Source: Brevundimonas sp.
GTDB lineage: Bacteria; Pseudomonadota; Alphaproteobacteria; Caulobacterales; Caulobacteraceae
Reading direction: 5' to 3'
Assembly (NCBI RefSeq): GCF_030656255.1
Contig: NZ_JAUSOE010000030.1
Coordinates: 8,319 to 72,318, forward strand
Length of the DNA stretch: 64,000 nt
Shown: in pieces, positions 1-8,593 of the stretch
Layout of the letters: the number at the start of each line of letters is the position of its first letter
How positions within the stretch are numbered: position 1 is the first letter of the stretch
The notes under the pieces: generated by a model
Databases searched by the model: none
What the model saw: the letters and a program-made list of their open reading frames with translations, nothing else
What the model was told of the DNA's origin: nothing
Program-made: the position numbers and the translations under genes

Positions 1-615
1 TATTTCCCGGATCCGGACCTGCTGCCGCTGGATCTGGAACAGGCCTGGATCGACGAGATCAAGGCCTCGCTGCCCGAACTGCCGGACGACAAGCGCAAAC
101 GGCTGATAAGCCAATACGGCCTGTCTCAGTACGATGCGGTGGTGCTGATCTCGGAACAGGCCAAGGCGGACTATTTCGAAGCCGCCGCCAAAGGCCGCGA
201 CGCCAAGCTGGTGTCCAACTGGGTCACCAACGAGATCTCGGCGCGTCTGACGGCTGACCACAAGGACTTCAGCGAGAACCCGCTGCCGGCGGCCCATGTG
301 GCCCAGCTGGTCGAACTGATCGAGACGAACGTCATCTCGTCCAAGATCGCCAAGGAGGTCTTCGATCACGTCTGGAACGGCGAAGGTTCGCCAGCCGAAG
401 TCGTGGAGAAGCACGGCCTGAAACAGGTCACCGACACCGGCGCTATCGAGAAGGCGGTCGATGAGATCATCGCCGCCAATCCGGACAAGGCGGCGGCGGT
501 CGCCGAGAAGCCTCAAGCCCTGGGCTGGTTCGTCGGCCAGGTGATGAAGGCCACAGGCGGCAAGGCCAATCCGGCGGCGGTCAACGACATCCTGAAGGCC
601 AAGCTGGGACTTTGA
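1..615 (+). CDS. gatB: Asp/Glu-tRNA amidotransferase subunit B, C-terminal part (5' end outside the window)
   Basis: Frame 1 is open from base 1 (YFPDPDLLPLDLEQAWIDEIKASLPELPDDKRKRL...). It ends ...GWFVGQVMKATGGKANPAAVNDILKAKLGL*, a typical GatB tail. The track ORF 139..615 is only the part from an internal GTG. Confidence 0.9.
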   Translation, partial: YFPDPDLLPLDLEQAWIDEIKASLPELPDDKRKRLISQYGLSQYDAVVLISEQAKADYFEAAAKGRDAKLVSNWVTNEISARLTADHKDFSENPLPAAHVAQLVELIETNVISSKIAKEVFDHVWNGEGSPAEVVEKHGLKQVTDTGAIEKAVDEIIAANPDKAAAVAEKPQALGWFVGQVMKATGGKANPAAVNDILKAKLGL

Positions 616-617
616 TT

Positions 618-639
618 TTTGGGGGCTGCGGCCCCCAAA
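618..639 (+). terminator. Perfect 9-bp hairpin just after the gatB stop
   Basis: TTTGGGGGC-tgcg-GCCCCCAAA. There is no clear downstream T-run, so terminator function is uncertain. Confidence 0.3.
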
Positions 640-696
640 CCCCCGGCTGGTCGCTAACGCTCGCGGCGCGGCCGCTCGCTGCTTGAGCGACCCATT

Positions 697-730
697 CTAG
701 TGAGAAGGCCCGGCTAGTGAGAAGGCCCGG
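697..730. repeat. Exact tandem duplication of a 17-nt unit
   Basis: CTAGTGAGAAGGCCCGG occurs at 697-713 and again at 714-730. The second copy supplies the left arm of the adjacent hairpin. Confidence 0.9.
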
Positions 731-748
731 AGATCGCTCTCCGGGCCT
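723..748 (-). terminator. Stem-loop downstream of the RcnB-like gene that ends at 765
   Basis: AGGCCCGGAGA-tcgc-TCTCCGGGCCT, a perfect 11-bp stem. Flanking T content is weak. Confidence 0.4.
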
Positions 749-764
749 TCGGTCTTTGTAGTGG

Positions 765-1739
765 CTACCAGCGCCAGGCGTCGCGGATGACGTCGATGAT
801 GTAGCCGTCGTATTCGTCGATCAGATAGATGGTGTTGTCGACCAGCACCCAGCGCGTGCCCTCGGGCGGATAGCCCAGGCCATAGGTGCGCCAGTCGTCG
901 AGGCGGTAGCGCCAGAAGACGTCCGGCAGATAGTTGCCGACCGACCAATAGCGGCCCCAGTATGAGCGCGGCACGCTGTAGTAGCCCCAGCCCGGCGCGA
1001 AATAGAAGCCGACGCGCACACCGCTGTAGCCATGGAAGCGCCGGTCGTTCCGCCACCAGTCAGAGCGGTGGTTGCGATAGAAGTCGCGCCGCCATTGCTC
1101 ACTGTTGAAGCGGCGTCGGAAGTCGTCGTGCCGGTCGCGGTTCTGGTTCCAGCCCGAGCCGGGACGGTCGGGGCGGCCGGGCCGTGTCTGACCATTGTTG
1201 GGTCGATCCGGCCGGTTCCACCCACCGTCCGGGCGGTTGGGCCGCCCTGCGCTGTCGCCGGGGCGATCTGGTCGTCCGCCGATTGAGGGGCGGTCAGGTC
1301 GGGATCCGCCGGTCTGAGGACGATCTGGTCGATTCCAGCCGCCTTCGGGACGATCAGGGCGAGAGGGCCGACCCGGATTCGCCCCTTCAGGGCGGCCGGG
1401 CCTGACGTCGGGACGATCTGGACGCGCGCCGCCGTTGTTCGGACGGTCGGGCCTGTCGCCCCCTGTCTGCGGGCGCTCGGGACGGGGCCGCTCGGGACGG
1501 GGCGTGTTGTCGTCGGGCCGGGTGGGGCGCGAGGGCGCTTCCGGCCGGGATTGTAAAGGACGGTTCGGCGCGGGACGCTCTCCCCGCGTGATCTGCGGCC
1601 TTTGGGGGCGGTCGGCGTCGCGTTGTTCGCGGTCGGCCTGACGGTCCTGGGCCAGGGCCTGGAGCGGGGTGGCGAGCGGACCGCCCAGGGCGGCGACGGC
1701 GGTGAAAGCCATCAGGAGGCGTTTCATGGTCTTTTTCAT
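765..1739 (-). CDS. Secreted RcnB-like (YohN family) protein with an Arg/Pro/Asp-rich tandem repeat region
   Basis: Start is taken at MKKTMKRLLMAFTAVAALGGPLATPLQALAQ (signal peptide), internal to track ORF 765..1844. The middle carries many RPDRP/GRPDRP repeats. The C-terminus ...GNYLPDVFWRYRLDDWRTYGLGYPPEGTRWVLVDNTIYLIDEYDGYIIDVIRD matches the RcnB-type domain pattern from memory. Confidence 0.7.
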   Translation of the reverse strand: MKKTMKRLLMAFTAVAALGGPLATPLQALAQDRQADREQRDADRPQRPQITRGERPAPNRPLQSRPEAPSRPTRPDDNTPRPERPRPERPQTGGDRPDRPNNGGARPDRPDVRPGRPEGANPGRPSRPDRPEGGWNRPDRPQTGGSRPDRPSIGGRPDRPGDSAGRPNRPDGGWNRPDRPNNGQTRPGRPDRPGSGWNQNRDRHDDFRRRFNSEQWRRDFYRNHRSDWWRNDRRFHGYSGVRVGFYFAPGWGYYSVPRSYWGRYWSVGNYLPDVFWRYRLDDWRTYGLGYPPEGTRWVLVDNTIYLIDEYDGYIIDVIRDAWRW

Positions 1740-1842
1740 TCCTGCACGCTGGTTTTCCAGCGGCTTAGGGTGATGATCGCGCCTGGTCGATGAACCCCGG
1801 CTGAATGCCGGATAGGGGGCGCCCCAGACAGACGCCCCAGAC

Positions 1843-1873
1843 AAAAGCCCCGCGAGCTTGTCCTCGCGGGGCT
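1843..1873 (-). terminator. Rho-independent terminator of the 1898..2464 gene
   Basis: 11-bp stem AGCCCCGCGAG/CTCGCGGGGCT with a 6-nt loop. On the minus strand it is followed by TTTTGTCT. Confidence 0.7.
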
Positions 1874-1897
1874 TGTCGGCTCAACGGCTCAGCGTCC

Positions 1898-2464
1898 TCA
1901 ATAGACGTTGGACAGGACGCTGGCGATCAGGCCAGTGGCGACCGCGACCATCAGAATGTCGCTGCCGGCGTGGACGTAGCGATAGCCGCGCGGCGCTTCG
2001 CGCAGGCCGTAGAAATACGGGTCGCGAACATAGTAGGTCCGGTATTGAGACGGCAGATAGCCGCCCGTCCGCCAGCGATAGCCGGAGTAGCGGGGCTCGA
2101 CCCGGTAATAGCCGTAGCTGGGCGCATACCAGTAGCCCGCGCGCGGGCCGTTGTAGCCGCGGAAGTCCGACCGGCCGCGCCACCAATTGCGATTGTTTCG
2201 GTCCCAGCGGTCGTCGCGGCGCTCGTGGCGGAAGTCGCGACGGTCGTCCCGGCGGTCCTGACGATAATCCTGCCGACTGCTGTAGTCGCCCTGACGCCAA
2301 TCACGACGGTCGTCGCGGCGTTCCGAGCGGTAGTCGCGCCGGTCGTCGCGGCGGTCCTGGCGATATTCCCGACGATCGTCGCGGCTCTGCGCCTCGGCCA
2401 GCAGGGGAACGGCCGTGGTGGACAGGGCGATAGCGACAACAGCGGCCTTGGTGAGGCGGTTCAT
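1898..2464 (-). CDS. Secreted RcnB-like protein with an Arg/Asp-rich (DRRDD) repeat region
   Basis: Start is at MNRLTKAAVVAIALSTTAVPLLAEAQ (signal peptide), internal to track ORF 1898..2641. It has repeats of RDDRRDY/W/F. The C-terminus GGYLPSQYRTYYVRDPYFYGLREAPRGYRYVHAGSDILMVAVATGLIASVL is a classic RcnB-family tail. Confidence 0.75.
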   Translation of the reverse strand: MNRLTKAAVVAIALSTTAVPLLAEAQSRDDRREYRQDRRDDRRDYRSERRDDRRDWRQGDYSSRQDYRQDRRDDRRDFRHERRDDRWDRNNRNWWRGRSDFRGYNGPRAGYWYAPSYGYYRVEPRYSGYRWRTGGYLPSQYRTYYVRDPYFYGLREAPRGYRYVHAGSDILMVAVATGLIASVLSNVY

Positions 2465-2640
2465 CTGCGTGCTCCATTCTGGGCCGCCGACGGAAACGAC
2501 GAACTGGCCCGTTAATGAGGTTGAAAGTCGGATCGCGCGCCTGAACGCGTCCTGAACGACTGTGTCAGGATTGAATTGTGGATTGCGGCGCGGCGTCGCG
2601 GCCCCCAGATGCGAGGGACGCCACAGGAAAGACCGCCGCA

Positions 2641-3366
2641 ATGACCGCTCCGATCCAGCTCTGGTACTGGCCCACGCCGAATGGATGGAAGGTGTCCATC
2701 GCCCTGGAAGAGATGGGCCTGGCCTATGAGGTCAAGCCGGTGAACATCGGAACGGGCGAACAGTTCGAGCCGGGGTTCCAGGCCATCAGCCCGAACGGCC
2801 GTATGCCCGCCATCGTCGATCCGGAAGGGCCTGGCGGCGAACCGATCTCGATCTTCGAGTCCGGCGCGATCCTGCAGTATCTCGGCGACAAGTCCGGCCG
2901 TTTCTATCCGACCGAGGTGCGGGCGCGTGTCGAGGTGAACCAGTGGCTGTTCTGGCAGGTCGGGGGTCTGGGGCCGATGGCGGGCCAGACCCATCATTTC
3001 CGCCAGTATGCGCCGGCGATGATCCGCGACCAGCGCCAGATCGCCTATGGGGTGCAGCGCTATACGAACGAGACGCTCCGCCTGTACGGCGTCATGGATC
3101 GACGTCTGCAGGATCGCGACTATCTGGCGGGCGATTACTCCATCGCCGACATGGCGGCCTGGCCGTGGATATTGCCGACGTTGCAGGGACAGGATCTGAC
3201 GGACTTTCCGCACCTGGCGGGCTGGATGGAGCGGGTCGGCTCACGGCCTGCGGTCAAGGCCGGACGCGCCCTGTTGGAAGACCGACGCGGAAATGCAGGC
3301 GCGCCGGGCAAGGACGCCGAGGCGGCGCGCAAGGTTTTGTTCGGCCAGAGGGCGCCCAAGACGTAA
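2641..3366 (+). CDS. yfcG: Nu-class glutathione S-transferase (YfcG-like disulfide reductase)
   Basis: MTAPIQLWYWPTPNGWKVSIALEE...ISPNGRMPAIVDPEGPGGEPISIFESGAILQYL...QWLFWQVGGLGPMAGQTHHF aligns closely with E. coli YfcG as I remember it. The ATG is at 2641. Confidence 0.85.
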   Translation: MTAPIQLWYWPTPNGWKVSIALEEMGLAYEVKPVNIGTGEQFEPGFQAISPNGRMPAIVDPEGPGGEPISIFESGAILQYLGDKSGRFYPTEVRARVEVNQWLFWQVGGLGPMAGQTHHFRQYAPAMIRDQRQIAYGVQRYTNETLRLYGVMDRRLQDRDYLAGDYSIADMAAWPWILPTLQGQDLTDFPHLAGWMERVGSRPAVKAGRALLEDRRGNAGAPGKDAEAARKVLFGQRAPKT

Positions 3367-3538
3367 ACAAGGCCTTTCCAAATCGTATCGGAACTCTGAA
3401 CGCTTTTCGCAGTATTCATTCCTGTTTTACTTAAAAATTCGGCGGCGCTTTGCGCTGTTAACTTTAACTTCAAACCGGCGGTATTTGATGCGGCATCAGA
3501 GGCGGGCCCAGAACGGCGCCCGTTCAGGAGATACGGTA

Positions 3539-3850
3539 ATGAACGCGCAAGAAATGGCGCACGACCTGCAGGCCGACTTGGAAGTCGCGTCCTTGCCGCT
3601 GCCGACCGTCGATATGTCGGGCGATGACCTGTTCAAGCTGGGCATGATGTATTCGGCCGGCTCGGGCGGTTGCCCGATGGACCGGGTCTCGGCCCACATG
3701 ATCTTCAACCTGGCCGCCATGAAGGGCTCGATCGAGGCGCGCGTCTATCGCCGCGAGATGAGCCAGGAAATGGAACGCGAAGAAATCGCCGAGGCCCAGA
3801 AGGCCGCCCGTCGTTATATCGACACCGGCGTGGTGCGGCTGGCCGCCTGA
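3539..3850 (+). CDS. Small Sel1-repeat-like protein
   Basis: ATG at 3539 is preceded by CAGGAG. The sequence LFKLGMMYSAGSGGCPMDRVSAHMIFNLAAMKGSIEARVY resembles one or two SLR/Sel1 repeats. Upstream is an AT-rich promoter-like region. Confidence 0.45.
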   Translation: MNAQEMAHDLQADLEVASLPLPTVDMSGDDLFKLGMMYSAGSGGCPMDRVSAHMIFNLAAMKGSIEARVYRREMSQEMEREEIAEAQKAARRYIDTGVVRLAA

Positions 3851-3856
3851 CGGACT

Positions 3857-4606
3857 TCAGAAGGTGGCGTAGCCGTTGCCGTTCGATCCATTGATCGAAT
3901 AGCTGAAGCCGATGGGCAGGGCGGCGCGCACCTGGGTGAAGAAGGCGGCGAGTTCGCCCAGGGTCGAGCGCGGCACGAAGATGATGTCGCCCCGGCGCAG
4001 GGCCACGACCTCGCCGCGACGCGGACGCAGATCGACCACCCGCATCATGCGCGACCCACCCGGACCGCGTCGGATCAGGGCCGTAAGCTCAGGCTTGCCC
4101 GACGCCAGGAAACCGCCCGCCTGGACCACCGCCTGATAGGCGTCCAGATCGCCGGTCATCTCGATGACGCCCGGGGTTCGCACCTCGCCGTCGATCCAGA
4201 CGCGGATCGGGCCTGCCTGGCGCAGCGTCACCTCCACGATGGGCCGCACCAGTTGCGAGGCGTAGGCCGAAGACACTTCCCGCTCCAACTCCGGCAGCGT
4301 CCGGTCCGCCGCCATCACCTGGCCGACCAGAGGCAGCGCGACGCGGCCGTCGGGCCCGACCTTGAGCGTGCGGGTCAGTTCGGACGCGGTGGGCAGGGCC
4401 ACCTCGATCTCGTCGCCCGGATAGAGCAGATATTCCGGCTCCTCGTCCGTCCAGCTTGCGAACGGGATGGCGGGAAAGTCGCCCCGTCGTGCGGCCTCTA
4501 CCCTTCGTGAGTCTTCGGGGCGCGGCATGCGACCGCCGCCGCACGCGGCCAAGGCGGCGCAACCCGATCCGAGGGCCAGCAGGAACAGTCGGCGATCTGG
4601 CGTCAT
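3857..4606 (-). CDS. Outer-membrane polysaccharide export lipoprotein (OPX, Wza-like; Poly_export plus SLBB)
   Basis: Lipobox LALGSGCAALAAC. YLLYPGDEIEVALP...LKVGPDGRVALPLVGQVMAADRTLPELEREV...IRVWIDGEVRTPGVIEM is a typical Poly_export/SLBB pattern. Confidence 0.85.
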   Translation of the reverse strand: MTPDRRLFLLALGSGCAALAACGGGRMPRPEDSRRVEAARRGDFPAIPFASWTDEEPEYLLYPGDEIEVALPTASELTRTLKVGPDGRVALPLVGQVMAADRTLPELEREVSSAYASQLVRPIVEVTLRQAGPIRVWIDGEVRTPGVIEMTGDLDAYQAVVQAGGFLASGKPELTALIRRGPGGSRMMRVVDLRPRRGEVVALRRGDIIFVPRSTLGELAAFFTQVRAALPIGFSYSINGSNGNGYATF

Positions 4607-4729
4607 GGAATCGGTCTGGTCCGACGAAAGGGCGTTGAACTGCAGACTCGCCGCTTATGGGTAACCGATGGTTAACGCCGGTGGGCGAAGGGTGGATTCG
4701 CAAAAGACTTTCCAGGATTCGGCCCGCCT

Positions 4730-6169
4730 ATGCGCTCGACGGCATATGTCACGACCCGACCGCGCTATGGCGTGCTGGACGTCGTCGGTCTGCTGTTTCG
4801 TGAACTGCTGCTGATGGTCATCGTCTTCCTGGTCATCTTCGCCCTGGGCGCCGCGGCCGCCTTCACCCTGAAGAAGAATTACACGGCCCAGGGCGCGGTC
4901 TTCGCCGGCGTGGGTCAGGAATATGTCTATCAGCCGCGCGTCGGCACGGCCGAACGGGGGCAGGCGCCGCAGGGCGACGAGGTGGCGAATTCCGAAGCCG
5001 CGATCCTGAGTTCGGGCCAGGTGCGCCAGCGCGTGGTCGAGGCCCTGGGGCCTGCGGCGATCCTGGGCAAGACGCCGACGGGATCGAAGGATCGGGCCGA
5101 GGCCGCGGCGAGAAAACTGATCGGCGCCAGCCTGGGCGTCGGGACGGCGCCGGGCAGCGCGATCATCCGTCTGAGCTATGAAGCCGACGACCCCGAGCGC
5201 GCGGCGCGCGTGCTGAACACCGTGATCGAGCAATATCTGGCCTATCGCCGCGAGGTCTTCCAGGACAAGACCCCCGCAATCGCCACCCAGAGACTGGCCT
5301 TCCAGGATGATCTGAACGCGGCGGATCAAGCCTATGAGCAGTTCCTGACGACCAACGACATCGGCGACTTTACCGCGGCAAAGACCACTCTGGCGGCCGT
5401 CTATCAGACGGTCTTCACCGACCGGTTGTCGACCCAGAGCCAGCTGAACCAGACCAGCCAGAGGCTGAACACCCTGGAGGCGCAGCAGGCGGCGACGCCG
5501 GCGGAGGTAGCCCTTCAGCAGGATCTGAACATCTCGGCCCAGGACCAGGTGCTGCAGCTGCGCACCGAACGCGAGCAACTGTTGTCGCGCTATCAGCCCG
5601 ATGCTCAGCCGGTGAAGGACATAGAGGCGCGGATTGTCCAGTTGCAGGCCTATGTCTCGACCGGCACGGCCGTGGGCCCCAAGGAGGTTCGCACCGGGCC
5701 GAACCCCGTCTGGACCGAGCTGGAGACCAACCGGATCAACACCCGCGCCGACCGTGACGCCCTGGCCGCGCGCCTGTCCGCGCTAGATCGTCAGTTGTCG
5801 GACATTCGGGCCAGGCAGGCGCGTCTGACGGCGCTGGAGTCTGAAAACGCGACCCTGGCAGGCAATCGCGAGGTCCTGACCGCCAATATCCGCGAGTTCC
5901 AGCAGCGCGAGAGCCAGAGCCGGGCGGACAACGCCCTGGTCGCCGCCGGCGCCGACAATGTCACCGTCATCGAACGCGCCCAGCCGCCCTCGACCGGCAA
6001 GAGCCTGAAGGCGCCGGCCCTGGCCGCCGTCTTCCTGTTCGCCGCCTTTACGGCCCTGTGCATCGGCCTGTTGCGGATATTCACGCGGCGGGGCTTTTCG
6101 ACGCCCGACTCGGTGCGGCGGACCCTGGACATGCCGGTCCTGGCGGTGGCGCCGGCCAAGGCGCACTAG
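4730..6169 (+). CDS. Polysaccharide co-polymerase / chain-length determinant (Wzz/GumC-like PCP with no kinase domain)
   Basis: N-terminal TM helix, a long coiled-coil periplasmic region (LQQDLNISAQDQVLQLRTEREQLLSRYQP...) and a C-terminal TM helix. It is divergent from the OPX gene. Confidence 0.75.
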   Translation: MRSTAYVTTRPRYGVLDVVGLLFRELLLMVIVFLVIFALGAAAAFTLKKNYTAQGAVFAGVGQEYVYQPRVGTAERGQAPQGDEVANSEAAILSSGQVRQRVVEALGPAAILGKTPTGSKDRAEAAARKLIGASLGVGTAPGSAIIRLSYEADDPERAARVLNTVIEQYLAYRREVFQDKTPAIATQRLAFQDDLNAADQAYEQFLTTNDIGDFTAAKTTLAAVYQTVFTDRLSTQSQLNQTSQRLNTLEAQQAATPAEVALQQDLNISAQDQVLQLRTEREQLLSRYQPDAQPVKDIEARIVQLQAYVSTGTAVGPKEVRTGPNPVWTELETNRINTRADRDALAARLSALDRQLSDIRARQARLTALESENATLAGNREVLTANIREFQQRESQSRADNALVAAGADNVTVIERAQPPSTGKSLKAPALAAVFLFAAFTALCIGLLRIFTRRGFSTPDSVRRTLDMPVLAVAPAKAH

Positions 6170-6219
6170 GAGCGTGGCCGTGGTAATCTGGGACCTGGTG
6201 GAGCGCGCATAGCGATTCG

Positions 6220-6921
6220 ATGGTCGATCTGACGTCCGAAATGGCCGGTCTTTGGGCGGCGCTGGGGCCTGCCCCCGCGCATCGCGCCCGCGTGATCCAG
6301 TTCGCCGCCGCCACGACCGGAGAGGGCGTCTCGACCGTGGCGCGGGAGTTCGCGCGTCTGGCCGCCGTGCGGGCGCGCAAGCCGGTTTGGCTCGTGGACG
6401 GCGACCTGGCCCAGCAGGGCCAGCTGGACGCCATCGCCGCCGAACCGGACCGGTTCGGCCAACTGGGCAAGCCGGCCCAGGCCTCGCCCGATGGGTCCAG
6501 CTTCTTCGCCGTCACGCCGGCCCCGACCGGTCGGGACGGCAAGCCGGTTCCGCCCGCGCGCCTGCTTACCGCCCGTCCCTGCCTGGGCGGGCGATTGTGG
6601 ACGACCCGGTTCCATATGGAATCCCTGCGCTCGGGCCACCGCGTCGAGGCGGTGGGAGAGCCCCGCTACTGGGACGCCTTGAGGCCCCACGCCGACACCA
6701 TCGTCATCGACAGCCCGGCGGCGGACCGCAACGACATGGCGATCATCCTGGCCCCCTTCGTCGACATGACGGTGCTGGTGGTGGCGGCCGGCGGCGCGAC
6801 CGCGAGCGGACCGGTGATCCTTCGCGATGAGATCGAGGCGGTCGGCGGTCGCATCGCCGGGGTGGTCATGAACCGCTCGACCTACAAGCCGCCCAAGTTC
6901 CTGAGCCGGCTGGCGGGCTGA
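6220..6921 (+). CDS. BY-kinase/MinD-like P-loop protein with a defective Walker A
   Basis: VIQFAAATTGEGVSTVAREFA (Walker A with Val where the Lys is expected), VWLVDGDLAQ (A'), IVIDSPAA (Walker B-like). There is no C-terminal Tyr cluster. Confidence 0.6.
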   Translation: MVDLTSEMAGLWAALGPAPAHRARVIQFAAATTGEGVSTVAREFARLAAVRARKPVWLVDGDLAQQGQLDAIAAEPDRFGQLGKPAQASPDGSSFFAVTPAPTGRDGKPVPPARLLTARPCLGGRLWTTRFHMESLRSGHRVEAVGEPRYWDALRPHADTIVIDSPAADRNDMAIILAPFVDMTVLVVAAGGATASGPVILRDEIEAVGGRIAGVVMNRSTYKPPKFLSRLAG

Positions 6922-6931
6922 GGCCCGAGCG

Positions 6932-6970
6932 AAATAGACTCAATCGACTCGAAAAAAAGTGAGTCTATTT
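6932..6970 (+). terminator. AT-rich hairpin after the export operon
   Basis: AAATAGACTCA-N17-TGAGTCTATTT, perfect 11-bp arms ending in a T-run. It begins 11 nt after the stop at 6921. Confidence 0.5.
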
Positions 6971-7189
6971 TCGTATATTCTGCGGCGCGAGGGCTCGGCC
7001 CTTCAGCTCTTCTGGAACGCGATGTCAAAGACCAACGCCAGATTATAATCCCGATCCGCAGAGTGGTGGTTTGAACGCCGCTTTTATTTTCAGGCTATTG
7101 AAAATAAAGAGAGTTGTCTTCAAAATTGAGATGGCAAAGGACGGCTGAGCTAGCCGTGATGACGCTGCGTCGAGGGCGTCGGTTGAGCA

Positions 7190-7405
7190 TCATCGCCGCG
7201 CCATTTGGGCCTGCCAGTTAATGCTCTTCAGCGATCTGAAGGCGTCGCAGGCGGCCATTCCTGCAAATAGAACAAAGCCCAGGGCGACCTGAGGCGCCTT
7301 CATCAAGGACCAGGCCGCGACGAAGAAGCCGCTTAGTGCGATGTTGGCGGCGAACAGGATCAGCGGGCTTGATTGTTCCCGTGCCCGCAGATCGACGATA
7401 TTCAT
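7190..7405 (-). CDS. Small hypothetical membrane protein
   Basis: A 71-aa ORF with two hydrophobic segments (SPLILFAANIALSGFFVAAWSL, ALGFVLFAGMAA). No family was recognised. The same frame stays open and hydrophobic upstream without a start codon. Confidence 0.3.
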   Translation of the reverse strand: MNIVDLRAREQSSPLILFAANIALSGFFVAAWSLMKAPQVALGFVLFAGMAACDAFRSLKSINWQAQMARR

Positions 7406-7550
7406 CAGCCCAACCGCAGCTATGGCCAGGCCCGCGCCAGAAAGCCAAAGCGCCTCGAGCGAGGCTTGCCGATAGAGTAGGGCTGTCAGGCCGACATGTA
7501 GAGCGCCGAGCAGGCCTGCGGTCGTTGCGAAGACCCATTTAGACGGCGCA

Positions 7551-8123
7551 TCATGGTTTCGCCCTTAGACGAAGTGACAGCCAATGGGCGCTCAGAGCGA
7601 GGCCGATCAATAGGGCGAGGAGGCCGTACGCCTCGATCCCCAAGGCTTGCAGAAATCTGGCATGCGGCGGGACGTCGGAAGAAAGCGTCCCGAAAGCGAG
7701 CGAGACCAGGGTGTTGAGAATAATGCCCGCGCCAAAATAATGCGCCGAAGCCTTGAGACCGATCGTCCACGCCACCCCGGCGGCGCCGGCATAGAAGATC
7801 GCCATAGCCGCCAGGAAAAGCGCAGCGTTCTGGGCGTCCTGGGTCAATAGACGCAGGGCGACGGCAAAACAGGCCACGCCTAAGACCGCTGTCCCTGTCG
7901 AAATGGCGAAGCGCGCCGTCCAGCTCACGCCGTCCGCCGTGGCCAGCCACCAACCGAGCGTGCAGTAGAGGCAACCAACCGCGAACTGGAGGGCGTCGCG
8001 TTCATCGACATGATCCAGTTCAACCGCCATGGCGTGCACCAGGGGGGACCTGTGCGCCGGTGCAATTCGAGAGGCGAGGGCGCAGATCGCTCCGGCGATC
8101 CGTTTGCGAGACGATATCCTCAT
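7551..8123 (-). CDS. Hypothetical multi-pass membrane protein translationally coupled to PadR
   Basis: The ATG at 8123 overlaps the PadR stop (ATGA). There are several TM segments. Track ORF 7551..8255 would overlap padR by 136 nt, so the internal start is preferred. Confidence 0.55.
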   Translation of the reverse strand: MRISSRKRIAGAICALASRIAPAHRSPLVHAMAVELDHVDERDALQFAVGCLYCTLGWWLATADGVSWTARFAISTGTAVLGVACFAVALRLLTQDAQNAALFLAAMAIFYAGAAGVAWTIGLKASAHYFGAGIILNTLVSLAFGTLSSDVPPHARFLQALGIEAYGLLALLIGLALSAHWLSLRLRAKP

Positions 8124-8428
8124 GCGAGCACCTGTTTGCTGGTTCCGGGACTGCGGATCTGGCGTTGGGCCTGGGCGAGTGCGAACTGCGCGCCGGCGGT
8201 GGTCAGCCGATAGGCGTGACGCGGCGGACGGCCCTGTTCCAAGGGCTGACGCCATTCTGATTCCAGAAGTCCCTGCTCGCTGAGGCGCGCCAGCGTGGGG
8301 TACAGCGTCCCCGATTTCAGGCCTGTGGCCTTACAGAGTTCATAGCCATACCGCCAAGCCTGGGGCTGCAAGGCAAGCTCCGCCAGCAGGCGTCGGGTTT
8401 GAGTGGATGCGTTGGCTGTTCTCGGCAT
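8120..8428 (-). CDS. PadR family transcriptional regulator
   Basis: WRYGYELCKATGLKSGTLYPTLARLSEQGLLESEWRQP...PPRHAYRLTTAG is the canonical PadR winged-helix signature. Confidence 0.85.
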   Translation of the reverse strand: MPRTANASTQTRRLLAELALQPQAWRYGYELCKATGLKSGTLYPTLARLSEQGLLESEWRQPLEQGRPPRHAYRLTTAGAQFALAQAQRQIRSPGTSKQVLA

Positions 8429-8437
8429 GGATTTATA

Positions 8438-8451
8438 TCGACATATGTCGA
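8438..8451. promoter_or_regulatory. Candidate PadR operator (perfect 14-bp palindrome)
   Basis: TCGACATATGTCGA lies 10 nt upstream of the padR start codon. It contains the ACAT/ATGT half-sites typical of PadR operators. Confidence 0.45.
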
Positions 8452-8593
8452 GTTATGAGTCAATCGCGCTTCTTCGCGGTGGGGAACTGGTCTCATCTGT
8501 CGGTAGATGCGGGATGTCGAGGCGCCGCAAAGACGGCATGTCGGGAGGCGGTTTAAGGGGAAGCGCTAAATCCTCTGACGAAGATTTCGGCCG

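Noticed and set aside
1130-1600. Degenerate DNA repeats (and similar Pro-, Arg- or Asp-rich repeats at 2200-2400, 42100-42700 and 58040-58280) considered as CRISPR-like or mobile repeats.
   Set aside because: They lie inside open reading frames and encode low-complexity protein repeats. No spacer-repeat periodicity or flanking cas or transposase genes are present.
3441-3453. GGCGGCGCTTTGC upstream of the Sel1-like gene, considered as a sigma-54 (-24/-12) promoter.
   Set aside because: The GG-to-GC spacing is one nucleotide short of TGGCAC-N5-TTGC, and the flanking consensus bases are missing.
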